Origin: Octopus sinensis
Lineage: Eukaryota
Assembly (NCBI RefSeq): GCF_006345805.1
Contig: NW_021833049.1
Coordinates: 1-64,000 of the forward strand
Direction of reading: 5' to 3'
DNA: 64,000 bases
Shown: piece by piece, positions 51,441 to 63,952 of the stretch
How positions within the stretch are numbered: the stretch's first letter is position 1
Layout of the letters: each line of letters begins with the position of its first letter
The notes under the pieces: model-generated
What the model saw: the letters and a program-made list of their open reading frames with translations, nothing else
Databases searched by the model: none
Told to the model about the DNA's origin: nothing
Made by a program: the position numbers and the translations under genes

Positions 51441-54400
51441 TCCGCTTCTTCGGGGAATGATCTCCCTTTGCAGGATAGAGGACACCGTGATGGTGTCAGC
51501 CTATCTGGTGACGTTGATGATCGCCTGGGGCTAAATGCATCAGTAACACCCCCACCGCCCTGCCCTGTCCCTAGCCACATTCAAATGGCTAATGTCCCTT
51601 ATGTTATGGAGCAGTTACTGTCTATATCTCGTTTAGAGAATTATTATTGCGGATATATAGTAGTTACGGACCAAACATGGTGGTCAGGAAAATGACAAAT
51701 TCTGTTGTAGAAGTCTGGGTGTCGTAAATCAACAGGAGCGTCTGGGGACTTAGTGTATTGTAAATCAGAGATGTTGAGCAGCTTATCTGGTTCTTCGTAT
51801 TAAGTGGTCATCTTGTACATACGTACCCGCATGGATGCATACACCCATATACACGCGCACATATACGCACGCATACCCAGCTACAAGCATATAAGCATAC
51901 ATACGTACTCAGTAAACATATACAGATACACATATACACATACACACGCACACATGCGCACATATATATACACACAACAGAATATGCATATATAACACGG
52001 ACAATATACATGTACATATAAATATACACACACGCACACATACGCATATACATATACATATACACATATGCATACATGTATACATATACATATATACACA
52101 TATACATATACCACTATACTCGCACCCATACCCGCACACGCACATATATATATGTGTGCATACATGCACACCCACGTGTGCATACATACACGCATACACA
52201 CATACACACGGACCCACGCGCATGTATCCACACTCACACACACACGTATCTGTGTGTCTATACGTGCGTGTGCGCATACCCTTACATACATATACACAGA
52301 TGCCCACACATACAGGTATAGATATAAGATATTAAAAGATGTATAACAAATGTATATAAGAAATCTACAAACGCATGTAAAGAAACGGACCCACGAACTC
52401 ACGTCTACACGCACACGCACACACATCTGTGTGTCTATACGTGCGTGTACACATACACTTACGTACACACACACAGACACACGCACATATAGGTATAGCT
52501 ATAAGATATTAAAAGATGCATAAAAATATGTGTAAACATATGTATATAAGAAATCTACGAAAGCATGTAAAAAAAATTATTAAAGAAGTATAACGGGGGT
52601 GCGCATATCTAGACACAGATATTTACTCATACATACGTATACACATGTATACATATACATACGTACCCGGACACACGTATAATCATAAAGCGGATACATA
52701 GATAAGTAAATAAGGAAAAAGCTAAAAATAGACATATATAGAGATATAAAGTGATAAAATAGGGGTAAAAATAGGAGTAAGAATGAGGGTAAGAATAAGA
52801 ATTAGAAATAAAAATAAGAAATAAAATATAAAAATTAGAAATAAAATATAAAAATCATAAAAACTATAAAAATTAAAATATAGAATGAAAATAAAAATAA
52901 GAATAAAGTTAAAGCAAAATAAAATAGGATAAAATAAAATAAAAATATAATCGAGTAAAGCTTAACATGAGATGAGGGTAAAAATAAAAGGTGGTTGAAA
53001 GTGTAAAGTTAAAGGTGTGTGCTAAATGTGACCACGTAGGGGCGGGGCGGGGGGGGGAACTGAAAATTGGAAGGGTGGGAAGCGGGGTTTGGTGGGTGTG
53101 CGCTCAACATCAGAGTTAGAAATGGGAAAAGGTATAGATATAGGGAAACAAAAAATCTAGATAGGAAGAATGTAGGTGTAGGAGAAGAAATATATAGGAA
53201 AAAAAATATATGGGAGACCAAATGTGTATATATAGGAAAAAGTAGGAAAATATATATAGGAAAACGGGATGCGCTGGAGCCGACAGGTTGCACTGGGTGG
53301 GAGGAACTTGCATGGGGGAGTTGGTATAATAGTCTAAGCTTTGTAGTATTTGAAAGTATTAATAAGTTTGTGTATACAGGATGGTTTGAACTCTGACCTT
53401 TTGTTACATAGGTTGCTCGACCTCCTGGAAATCTAGATACTACAACCACCGGTCATCGCTGAAACATAGGCATAAAGCTAACAGCACCTCCCTTTCTAAA
53501 AAAAATTTGGAATTAAAAGACAAAAGCATAGATTTCAAACTCAGATGGTCCATCATCGGATCAGCTGCACCTTATTTAAACAATAGAGCAGGATGCCAGC
53601 TATGTTGTGTAGAACTCCTGAATATCTTGAAATTCAAGGAGAAACAAATCTTATTAACAAAAGGTCAGATTTCAAACCATCCTGTATACACAAGCTTATT
53701 AATACTTTCAAATACTACAAAGCTTAGACTATTATACCAACCCCCATGCAAGTTCCTCCCACCAGTGCAACCTGTCGGCTCCAGCGCATCCGTTTTCCTA
53801 TATATATATTTCTTACTTTTTCCTATATATACACATTTTGTCTCCCATATATTTTTTTCCCTATTATATTTCTTCTCCTACACCTACATTCTTCCTATCT
53901 AGATTTTTTCTTTCCCTATATCTATACTTTTTCCCATTTCTAACTCTGATGTTGAGCGCACACCACCAAACCCCGCTTCCCACCCTTCCAATTTTCAGTT
54001 CCCCCCGCCCGCCCCTACGTGGTCACATTTAGCACACACCTTTAACTTTACACTTTTCAACACCTTTTATTTTTACCCTCATCTCATGTTAAGCTTTACC
54101 CGATTATTTTTATATTTTATTTTATCCTATTTTATTTTGCTTTACCTTTATTCTTATTTTTATTTTATCCTATATTTAAATTTATAGTTTTTATGATTTT
54201 TATATTTTATTTCTATTTTATATTTTATTTCTTATTTTTATTTCTAATTCTTATTCTTACCCTCATTCTTACTCCTATTTTTACCCTATATTTTATCACT
54301 TTATATCTCTATATATGTCTATTTTTAGCTTTTTCCTTATTTACTTATCTATGTATCCGCTTTATGATTATACGTGTGTCCGGGTACGTATGTATATGTA

Positions 54401-55878
54401 TACATGTGTATACGTATGTATGAGTAAATATCTGTGTCTAGATATGCGCACCCCCGTTATACATCTTAATAATTTTTTTTACATGCTTTCGTAGATTCTT
54501 ATATACATATGTTTACACATATTTTTATGCATCTTTTAATATCTTATAGCTATACCTATATGTGCGTGTGTCTGTGTGTGTGTACGTAAGTGTATGTATG
54601 TGTACACGCACGTATAGACACACAGATGTGTGTGCGTGTGCGTGTAGACGTGAGTTCGTGGGTCCGTTTCTTTACATGCGTTTGTAGATTTCTTATATAC
54701 ATTTGTTATACATCTTTTAATATCTTATATCTATATCTGTATGTGTGCGCATCTGTGTATATGTATGTAAGGGTATGCGCACACGCACAATAGACACACA
54801 GATGTCTGTGTGTGCGTGTGGTGTGGAACATGCGCGTGGGTCCGTGTGTATGTGTGTATGCGTGTATGTATGCACACGTGGGTGTGCATGTATGCACACA
54901 TATATATATGTGCGTGTGCGGGTATGGGTGCGAGTATATGTGTGTATATGTATATGTGTATATATGTATATGTATACATGTATGCATATGTGTATATGTA
55001 TATGTATATGCGTATGTGTGCGTGTGTGTATATATATTGTACATGTTTATTGTCCGTGTATATATATGCATATTCTGTTGTGTATATATATGTGCGCATG
55101 TGTGCGGTGTGTGTGTGTATATGTGTATCTGTATATGTTTACACGTGAGTACGTATGTATGCTTATATGCTTGTAGCTGGGTATGCGTGCGTATATGTGC
55201 GCGTGTATATGGGTGTATGCATCCATGCGGGTACGTATGTACAAGATGACCACTTAATACGAAGAACCAGATAAGCTGCTCAACATCTCTGATTTACAAT
55301 ACACTAAGTCCCCAGACGCTCCTGTTGATTTACGACACCCCAGACTTCTACAACCAGAATTTGTCATTTTCCTGACCACCATGTTTGGTCCGTAACTACT
55401 ATATATCCCTTATCCTTATATTCTTTTACATTTTTTATTATTTTTACTTCTATTTTTATTTTTATAACTTTATACCTTTATATTCATTTATATTCTTTTA
55501 TATTTTTTATATCTCTTTATATCTTTACACTCTACATTTTTATATTTTTTTTATTTACTTACACTTTTTATGTATTTTTTAATATATTTTTATCCTTCGT
55601 CCTGAATTCTCGCCCCTCCATCTTTATCTCTATTCACTCTTATTACCAGGTTCCTTCACGTCTGTCTACATTTATATATTTATATATGTATATATTTATT
55701 TATTAATTTATTTACATTACTTCAACATCCAAATTTCCTCATTCTACATTGAGAGAAGAACGAGATGGACGCTTCATTTTTATGCTGTTGCCGCATTATG
55801 TCGTACGCGAATGGGAGGATTTGCATCCCCAACCAAGAATTTTTGATGTAATACATGTCCTTGTGGAAGTTGTTGTGC

Positions 55879-55956
55879 GCGGCTAAAGAAGGCCACAGAC
55901 ATACATTATGCATTGTTATAAATCCGTCTAATAAAGGCCCGAAACATATGTACCGC
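55879..55956 (+). ncRNA. Same hammerhead, right arm (core G5A)
   Basis: GCGG-CUAAAGA-A-GGCC...GGCC-C-GAAA-CAUAU-GUA/CCGC. Confidence 0.5.
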
Positions 55957-56063
55957 TGAATCCTTGGCATCATGTTTTTATTTTGATTAATTTACTCCAC
56001 CACCTACACCACCAAACGGTATATACAGGTGCTTACAATTATCAAGTACTCACCCAGAATTTC

Positions 56064-56096
<33 letters not shown>

Positions 56097-57049
56097 ATGA
56101 ATATATATGCAGTGTATGCATTCATACATTTATACATTGAGAGAAAGAGAAAGTGAGAGAGAATGAAAGATAAAGAGAAAACTGAAAAATATCAAAAGAG
56201 ATAAGAGATCCTTGAGTGGGTAACAGAGAAACAGTTATAAAGAGAGAGAGAGAGAGAGAGAGAGAGTGAGAGAGAGAGCAAGATAGGGAATAGTTGAGAG
56301 ATAAAGAACGATAGAATTAAATTTGGATAAACATAAAGAGAGACTGGGAAACAAAATTTATTTTACTTTTATTCATAACCCCGAGATAAACATAAAAAAA
56401 TATAAGTAGAAATTTGTAACAGGTTTAACTATTAAACAAACAGCAGCTTTCTTGAGATTCGATGTCTCCATTTACAAGACTGACTTTATAATAAAATGGA
56501 TTAAGAAGAAATTGAGAAAAATACTGTGTAAATGTTTTAATTCAGAACTGAGGCAAGGGAAATCTGTTGTTTGAAGACTTTGAATAGTTAACTGCTAAAA
56601 CTTTTGGTCTCCCAGCCATTTCCTACAGATTCATCACCCTGTAATGATATATCTGCTGACTTAATATAAGTTTAATTTTTATAGGGTCAGGAATAACAGT
56701 CATTTTAATTATCCTCATTATATTACAGGTACTTATTTAAATAAAACAGGAATAAGAAGCAAAGCCAGAATTTGTAGCATTTGACTAAAGAACATGGAAC
56801 CAAATACTCTTGAACAAGTGCAGGCATGGTTGTGTAGTTAAGAAGTCCACTTCTCAGTCATATAGCTTTTGGTTCAATCAGTTAAAGCAGTTATCTTCTA
56901 CTAAATCCCTGGGACAACTAATGCTTTGTGATGAAGGTGAGCAAGACAAACATTTGAAATCACTTATCAAGTCTAATTACACAATCCAACAGGTATTTTG
57001 TTGTCAGGACATTTTAACTTGGTTTGAAGGTTTTTGAAATGTTGAATCT

Positions 57050-58040
57050 AAAAATGGAATCCATTTTTTACTATCATATCTAGATTTCAAGACACCCAAC
57101 CCCAACAAATTTTGCAATTTCCTCATTTTTCAGAAAAATGCATTATTTATCTGTGGAAATTTAGTCTGAAATTTACAGCCAAGGAAAAACATTGGATGAT
57201 CAAAGAATGGCCATAGCAAATATTAGTTCCAGGGTCTTTTAATGTGGTTGAAGAGCTTTTTAATTCAACTGGAGAAAAACATCCTACCTCCACTCCATCT
57301 CAACCTTGGCATTATGGAGCAGTTTGTTTGCAGCACATTTCCCAGGCTGAGCAGTGATAAGATAAATGCTGGAATATTTGATGGGCCTCACATCAGAAAA
57401 TTGATTAAAAATGAGAACTTGATAAATTCAATGAATTGCTTTGAAGCAGCAGCATGAAATTTATTTGTAATAGTTGTAAATGGCTTTCTGGACAACAAGA
57501 AAGCAGTCAGCTATGCCAAAATTGTCAGCAACATGCTGGACAACTTTCAAAAGTTAGGAGCAAATATGAGCATAAAGCACTATCTCCATGGTTACCACAA
57601 TAAATTCCTTGAAAATCTTGGTGATGCAAGTGATGAGCAGAGAGAACATTTCCAGCAGGACATAAAAACAAAGGTATCAAGGCAAATGCGACTTATGAAT
57701 GATGGTGAAGTATTACTATAACTTTGCTCATGATCTCCCTGAGGTTCATCACTCAAGAAAATCATCCAAATAGACATTCATGGGAAATTAGGCACAAGCA
57801 ATGATATAATTTGTCAGTAAAAATTTTAAAACTTTTACTAGTTCTATTGGAAAATTTTAAGAAAACATTCTGGTTTTGAAGGAAAACCAATTTCTACATA
57901 TGGTTGTATGTTATGCCTTGCTCCTCAAAAGCTGTTTTATTGAAAAAACAATGAAATTCTATGGATCCAGTACCTTAAAATCTTGACATAGTGATAATAA
58001 ATGGATGTCATTTTTAGATTCTGTGTGTCAAAAGCCCCTA
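57050..58040 (+). mobile_element. Chapaev3-like transposase C-terminal fossil and 3' end
   Basis: LPPLHLNLGIMEQFV, FPRLSSDKINAGIFDGPHIRKL, NMSIK, NLGDASDEQREHFQQDI. Confidence 0.75.
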
Positions 58041-58042
58041 GT

Positions 58043-59191
58043 TCACAACCAAGTTTTTTCCCAGCCAGGAAAAAATTTTTCTATGTTGATACGTGTTACT
58101 TTTCCATTTTTAAAATGAAAAATGTTATTTTCTTTTTCTCTCATTAGCAAAGCATTTTCACCAAAACCACTTCTGCTCACTAACAATGTATCACATTTAG
58201 TCAAAATATATTGGTCCATAAGAATCTTCCTTAGAGCGTCACATGTATCTTTCACACCTTTACGGAGCCTATCCACATGAATTATTTCCCCAGAGGTATA
58301 CATGAATTGAGAAGAAAATTTTTTTGAAGCTATATCCTGCACCTCCTTTGAGTCTGTGGTCACAAATATTTTGTACTTGCTGGTGTTATTGTATTTACTT
58401 AAGAAGTTCCACACATTCTGAACATCTGACATTGAATTCCTTCGGTTATCTCCTGGCACACTGGGGTTTTTTCCAATTCGAATCTGAGCACACACCAGAT
58501 GCATATTTGTTTTGGGAATATTGACTTCAAAGAATTTGTCAAATTTTGCCTGAAGAAGATCACTGAAGCGAAACAATAAATTCATCACTTTAGCAAATAT
58601 ATTTCCATATGACTTTTGTGATGCCCAAAGTAATTGTTCTTTGTATCGAGCATTCTTTTTCAAGACATAAAAAAAGATTCTGTTTGTACTCACATAGAGG
58701 ACATCTTCAGGGTAAAGTGTTTCTAAGTCTGCTGATTGTAAAGAGGAAATGTACTTATTCCCATCAACCAAATTAAGGTAACGACTTTTTAAGCCATGCA
58801 ACTCTTTTGAGTCAATCTTCCAGTTAACTTTGTTTGGTTGAAGATATTTAGAAATATCGCAAGGTCTTGAAATAATAATTCCAAAGCGCCGACCCATGGT
58901 CAGTGCCATTAAATATACAGAGATTATTCCATGCTGCCTATCTCCCCAACCTCCACAAAGACTACGACCAACACAACGAAAAATAACATATTTAGTTTTG
59001 TTGTTTAACTGAAGCAATTTCTGTTCCATCAGACTTAAATTTTTCTTCTGTTTTTGACGTGTTTCATCAATTAACTTTTGATTATGTTTGCTTGAGGTTG
59101 TTACTGTATATTGTTTATTTGCAGTATATTGGTGCCAGGCAACCAGTAGAAAGAAGATGCTGACCACAACAATGAATTGACAGACTGGTTT
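58043..59191 (-). CDS. Fucosyltransferase-superfamily (GT-B; FUT8/NodZ/FUT1-2-like motifs) type II membrane protein, main exon; start codon in an upstream exon not located
   Basis: Uninterrupted frame extends to an acceptor (tttattatttctAG|AAA CCA) at 59191; TM FIVVVSIFFLLVAW; motifs CGGWGDR, QIRIG, IFVTTDS, DQYILTKCDTLLVSRSGFG. Confidence 0.8.
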   Translation of the reverse strand, partial: KPVCQFIVVVSIFFLLVAWHQYTANKQYTVTTSSKHNQKLIDETRQKQKKNLSLMEQKLLQLNNKTKYVIFRCVGRSLCGGWGDRQHGIISVYLMALTMGRRFGIIISRPCDISKYLQPNKVNWKIDSKELHGLKSRYLNLVDGNKYISSLQSADLETLYPEDVLYVSTNRIFFYVLKKNARYKEQLLWASQKSYGNIFAKVMNLLFRFSDLLQAKFDKFFEVNIPKTNMHLVCAQIRIGKNPSVPGDNRRNSMSDVQNVWNFLSKYNNTSKYKIFVTTDSKEVQDIASKKFSSQFMYTSGEIIHVDRLRKGVKDTCDALRKILMDQYILTKCDTLLVSRSGFGENALLMREKENNIFHFKNGKVTRINIEKFFPGWEKTWL

Positions 59192-59314
59192 CTAGAAATA
59201 ATAAAGAGAAATAGAAATCATTAAATATATAACAACCTAGTAATATAATACATTAACAAATAAAAAATATCCCATATTACAATTCTTTGTTTCTATTTTA
59301 TTAATTAATATACA

Positions 59315-59960
59315 GGTAGAGGCATGGCTCTATGGTTAAGAAGTTTGCTTCCCAACCACAAAGTTTGAAGTTCCGTCCCACTGCTGACACCTTGGACAAG
59401 TGTCTTCTACTATATTTATACTATGTATGTGTGTGAGTGTATGGATGTTTATGTCTCCTTGTCTTGACAATATATGATTACTGAAAATAAATATCATTCA
59501 TTTCCAGTATTCTGTGGAAATATGTCTGACCATGGGAAGGTGGTGAGCTAGTAGAACTGAGAGCATACCAAACAAAATGCTTGCGGGTATTTTGTTCATT
59601 TTTACATTCTGAGCTGAAATAGCGCCTAGGGTAACTTTGCCTTTCATCCTTCCAGGGTCAATAAAGCAAGTACCAGTCAAGTACTAGGGACGATGCATTC
59701 GAATTCCCCTTCCCTTCAAAAACTGCCGACCTGTACCACAATTTGAAACCAATATGTCTGACTATGAAGAAATACTAACCTACTTGGAAACAGGCAAAGG
59801 TTGATGGCAGGAAAGGCATCCAGCTATAGAAAATCTGCTACGGTGAACTCTATCTAACCCATGAAAGCATGGAAAAGCAACTGTTAAAACAATTATGATG
59901 ATGATGATAGTGGTGATGGGGATGAGGAGGTTTGTTATGATGATGATGATGATGATGACG
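59315..59960 (+). mobile_element. CORE-like SINE, Meta-core SINE and RTE tail in series
   Basis: Family motifs as above. Confidence 0.7.
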
Positions 59961-60973
59961 ACTGGTATGTTTTATCAAATAACCTGTTTAAACGAGTTGG
60001 TTTTGTGAACAATCAGATTGCACATGCCTTTGAACTTTCTGTGTGTGTGTGTGTGTGTGTGTGAATTTGTAGGGAGAGAAGTTCTATGAAACCTTGTGAC
60101 ATTCAGCATGAACAAAAGTGAAACAGCATTTGAACATCAAATACAGCAGGACAGAGTTCCAACACAAATGCAAAGATAGAAAATTGAGTTTCCTACACAT
60201 TATGTGACAGTGGCTACTACAGAACCTATCTATATAACTAGCAATGATAATTTCCTTCACCTTTTGACTAGCCAACATGTGTGAAGCAAGAATGTGTTGA
60301 TTCCAAAGACATTTGTAACACAGGCAGTGAATTTCTAATGAGGATAATTCTGAATTCTCTCAACACTACCCTAAGTACCTTTTGTTTCATAAGTGGTATT
60401 TAGCTCAAAGAATTATACGAAGTTTCAAATTATTTAGTTAAGTAGAAAATTCTGTCCATCTTTTAGAAAAGATCCAAAATGTCGAATACAAAAGACATAT
60501 TAACCAGCTTAAGAAAAGATTGACGGAAAAACAAACACGAGAAATGGAATTCCTATGGAAATATTGTATGACACGTTTAAGGTACCAACACCCAAGCAAT
60601 TTGAAACTACACGTTCTAGCACCAGAAAACGCAAACATTGGAATTGAACCCTAAACGTAAGAGATATTAAAACTCGGAGCAGAGTTCAATTCTGAAAAGA
60701 GGAGATGATAGGGGAGACTTATTCTAAAAAGGGGAGATGTAGTGGAAGGATTCCAACCATCCCCCAAGTAACTAATGGTGGACTGACTCATTGTCATAAA
60801 TTAAAGAACTGTGAGTGATTGGCAGTTCGTGTTGGTAAAAAAAAATTGAAGTTGAGTTATAATTGTGAGTAGAACGTGAATTTATTGTTGATTATTGCTG
60901 TTGTTATATTGCTGTTGATTATCGTGTGTTATATCGTTAATTTTTGTTGAAGTTGATTTTTCCCATTGAGGAA

Positions 60974-62050
60974 ATGGAGAAGGCGCCAGCGGGAGGCCAC
61001 AGCTATGCAGCCGCAACTGGAAGAGAAGCAGAGAAAGAAGCATTAGAGACCTTTGAAATAAAGGTCGAGCCCAGGAAAATGAAAGCTAGCGAGAAGCTAC
61101 TGAAAAAAGAAGGCGACAAGATAAAATTGTCGTCACTCGAAGAACTAATGAACAGCGTTATGAAGAAGACAGTGACATACAAGACCATGAAGGTCGCTAC
61201 AAGAAAAATCGACATAGCAACTGTAGAGGAGATTGAGAAGGTGTTGGAAAGCATGGAAAAGGTGATAACCTTTAGAACAAGCGGCAGAAAATATGCAACT
61301 GTGGATGTGCGTTTCACATCGGAAGAGGAAACGATAAGGCATGCTACGGAGGCAATCCGCTCAGAAGAATGGATTCTTCTGCCATCCTATTGCGGCAAAC
61401 GTGTGGCGAGAGTTCGGGTGGGCCAGGTGCCCCCTGAGCTGGAGGAGGCATGGCTAATGACGGCCATTATGTACAACATGGAAGACGAGGCCAGAATATT
61501 GAAGTCCAACAGAACAAACAAGTTGGACTACTGGGGCTACGGGTTGGAGCTAACAATCCAGGCAACAGTGGAAGATCTGAACAAAATAACAGAGGAGATA
61601 GTGTTACCTGACGGTTTTACACTAAGAATGAAGGTGGAGGGAAGACCGCCTGTGTGCTACGAATGTGGCGAAAAGGGGCACATGAAGGCGAGATACCCAC
61701 GAAAAGAACAGAGAGAGACTAAACAAAAAGTCGAACAGGCAGTGACAGTCGAGAATAATGAGAAAACAGCGGAAGAAGAATTCACGCTAGTGGAAAGAAA
61801 AAGAAGGAGGAGAGCAGAGGTGGGCCCGCCACCGGCTAATCAGAAAAAGAAGAAGGAAGAGGTGGAAGAGAAAGAGGTAACGAGAAAGAAATATGATAAA
61901 AGTGAGACGGAAAAGGAAAGTGGAAAAATAATTGAGAAGCTGTGTGACAATGAGTCAGAGAAGGAGGAAGCAAGTATGAAGATGATTGTAAAAAGGCAGA
62001 ATGCCAAATTGAAAGAAAATTTTAATGAAAATGGGTGTATGGAAAAGTTT
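60974..62050 (+). mobile_element. L1/Tx1-like LINE ORF1 (gag-like, zinc knuckle)
   Basis: ATG 60974; RVRVGQVP RRM-like region; EGRPPVCYECGEKGHMKARY knuckle; FTLVERKRRR; K/E-rich tail. Confidence 0.7.
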
Positions 62051-62051
62051 T

Positions 62052-63952
62052 TGAAAACCTTACCATCAAAGAAGCCGACAAAGGGAGCGCTGTGGTTCTA
62101 ATGGACACGGAGTTTTATAAATACCTAGTGCTTTCCATGCTAAACAACAACACTTTCTATGAGGTTATTAACAACTATAAACAACAAAAAACAATCAAAA
62201 ACCTCACCACACTCATACTCCAACACGGTCAGGGACTCACAGAAAAAGAAATGGATTATATCACCAATTTCAAATGCAAGCCTAGCCTTTTTTATGGCCT
62301 TCCTAAAATCCATAAAAATAAATACATCATCGAAGCCTGCAAACTCTCCTCTGACATCCACACCAACATCAAAGCACCGGAGGACCTAAAACTAAGGCCC
62401 ATCGTGGCTGGCACCTCCTGTGAAACACACCGCCTGAGTAATTTCCTAGACATCCTTTTGAAACCTTTCCTTACCCCCATCAAAAGTTTCATTAGGGATG
62501 ATCTGGACATGCTCAAACACCTCCCGAAAACAGTTAACGAGGAGGCGCTCCTGGTATCCTTTGATGTCATCAACCTCTACACCAACATCCCGCATGAATA
62601 TGGTATTGAGGCAATTGATTTCTGGCTAGAAAAACACCCAGAGACATTCCCTGACCGCATTCACAAGACCTTTATTACGGAATCACTCAAGTTCATTCTG
62701 ACAAACAATTATTTCCTCTTCGACAACACACACTACCGTCAAAAATGTGGTATTGCGATGGGTACCAAGGCTGCACCAGTCCTTGCGAACCTCATAATGG
62801 GTTTCTTCGAACTATCACTCTATGAGATATCACGCCAGAAATTTGGACATGTTTTCCACACCTACCTAATGGAAAACTGGAAAAGGTATTTGGATGATTG
62901 TTTCATCATATGGAAAGAACCTTATGAAAAACTTCTGGAATTCAAAACCATACTGAACAACATACATCCCAACATCCAATTCACTATGGAATTAAGCAAA
63001 CATCATCTTCCTTTCCTTGATCTCCTAATTATAAAAACACCTAAGAACCAAATCATAACAGACATCTACCACAAACCTACAGACTCACAACAATACCTCC
63101 TCTTTAGTTCATGCCACCCAAAACACACCAAGACAAATATCCCTTTCAACTTAGCTAAAAGGGTATGCACCATTGCCTCGGATCCACAAAACTCGAGAAA
63201 TACGCCTTCAAGACCTACAAAAAAACACTATTACAACGCCAATATCCCTCCACCCTTATAGAGTATGGAATAAAACGCGCCAAAGAAGTAGACAACATTA
63301 CACTGAAAATCACCCAACCCAGCAACACACACAACCCCAAAATACTTCCATACATTTCCACCCACTACCCCCAAAATATCGAAGCATACACCACAATCAT
63401 ACAAAACATCAGTCTACTGTCAACAGACCCAAAAATGAAAAACATAAACACACACAAAATCCTCAAATGTAAAAGGCAACACAAATTTAAAAAAAAACTC
63501 TTGACAAATACCAAACTTCACACACCACATCCACCCCAGCAGTTAAAAAATGTGCACGCCCAAACTGTGGTACCTGCCCCTTCCTACTTGAAGGCTCTGA
63601 ATTTATCTTCAAACAAGGAACGAAGTTTAAAATCAAGACCAACTTCTCCTGTTCCTCCGAGAACCTTATCTACGTTCTCACATGCGCCGGTTGCCAACAT
63701 AATTATGTTGGACAAACGAGCCTCCCGTTACGTAAAAGATTAGCGGTGCATAAAGAAAAAAAAAACTCCGGAATACCGGCAAATCCCACTGAGTGACCAC
63801 ATAGACTCATGCGCTAAAGACAAAAATCCCAAATTCTACATATTCCCCTTCTACCAATGTAAAGACGGAATCACCACACAGGAGAGAATTAACAAGGAGA
63901 ATCTCTTTATTGAAAAATTCAAAACGCATCTTAATATGGAAACTCCTCGTTG
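62052..63952 (+). mobile_element. Penelope-like element, 5'-truncated: RT plus GIY-YIG with frameshifts
   Basis: TIKEADKG, FYGLPKIHK, SFDVINLYTNIP, GIAMG, RYLDD, KPTDS, then C.RPNCGTC...NLIYVLTC..C..NYVGQT; stop near 63952. Confidence 0.93.

Larger units (their letters stand above)
50611..51650. mobile_element. Hammerhead-bearing 357-bp tandem array (retrozyme-like), ~1.45 units plus ~1.46 inverted units
   Basis: Period 357 (50749 to 51106; 51130 to 51487); inversion near 51128. Confidence 0.85.
48985..55996. mobile_element. PLE with ~2.3-kb inverted pseudo-LTRs (7-kb palindrome); left arm interrupted at 49597-51650
   Basis: 53657-55996 is the reverse complement of 53406-51651 plus 49596-48985; spacer 53411-53656 encodes a GIY-YIG C-terminus (WELKDKSIDFKLRWSII...CQLC..E). 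Confidence 0.85.

Noticed and set aside
60420-60655. Plus-strand open stretch as the end of a preceding Tx1 ORF2, or the minus strand as the first exon of the glycosyltransferase
   Set aside because: No diagnostic motif or convincing donor site
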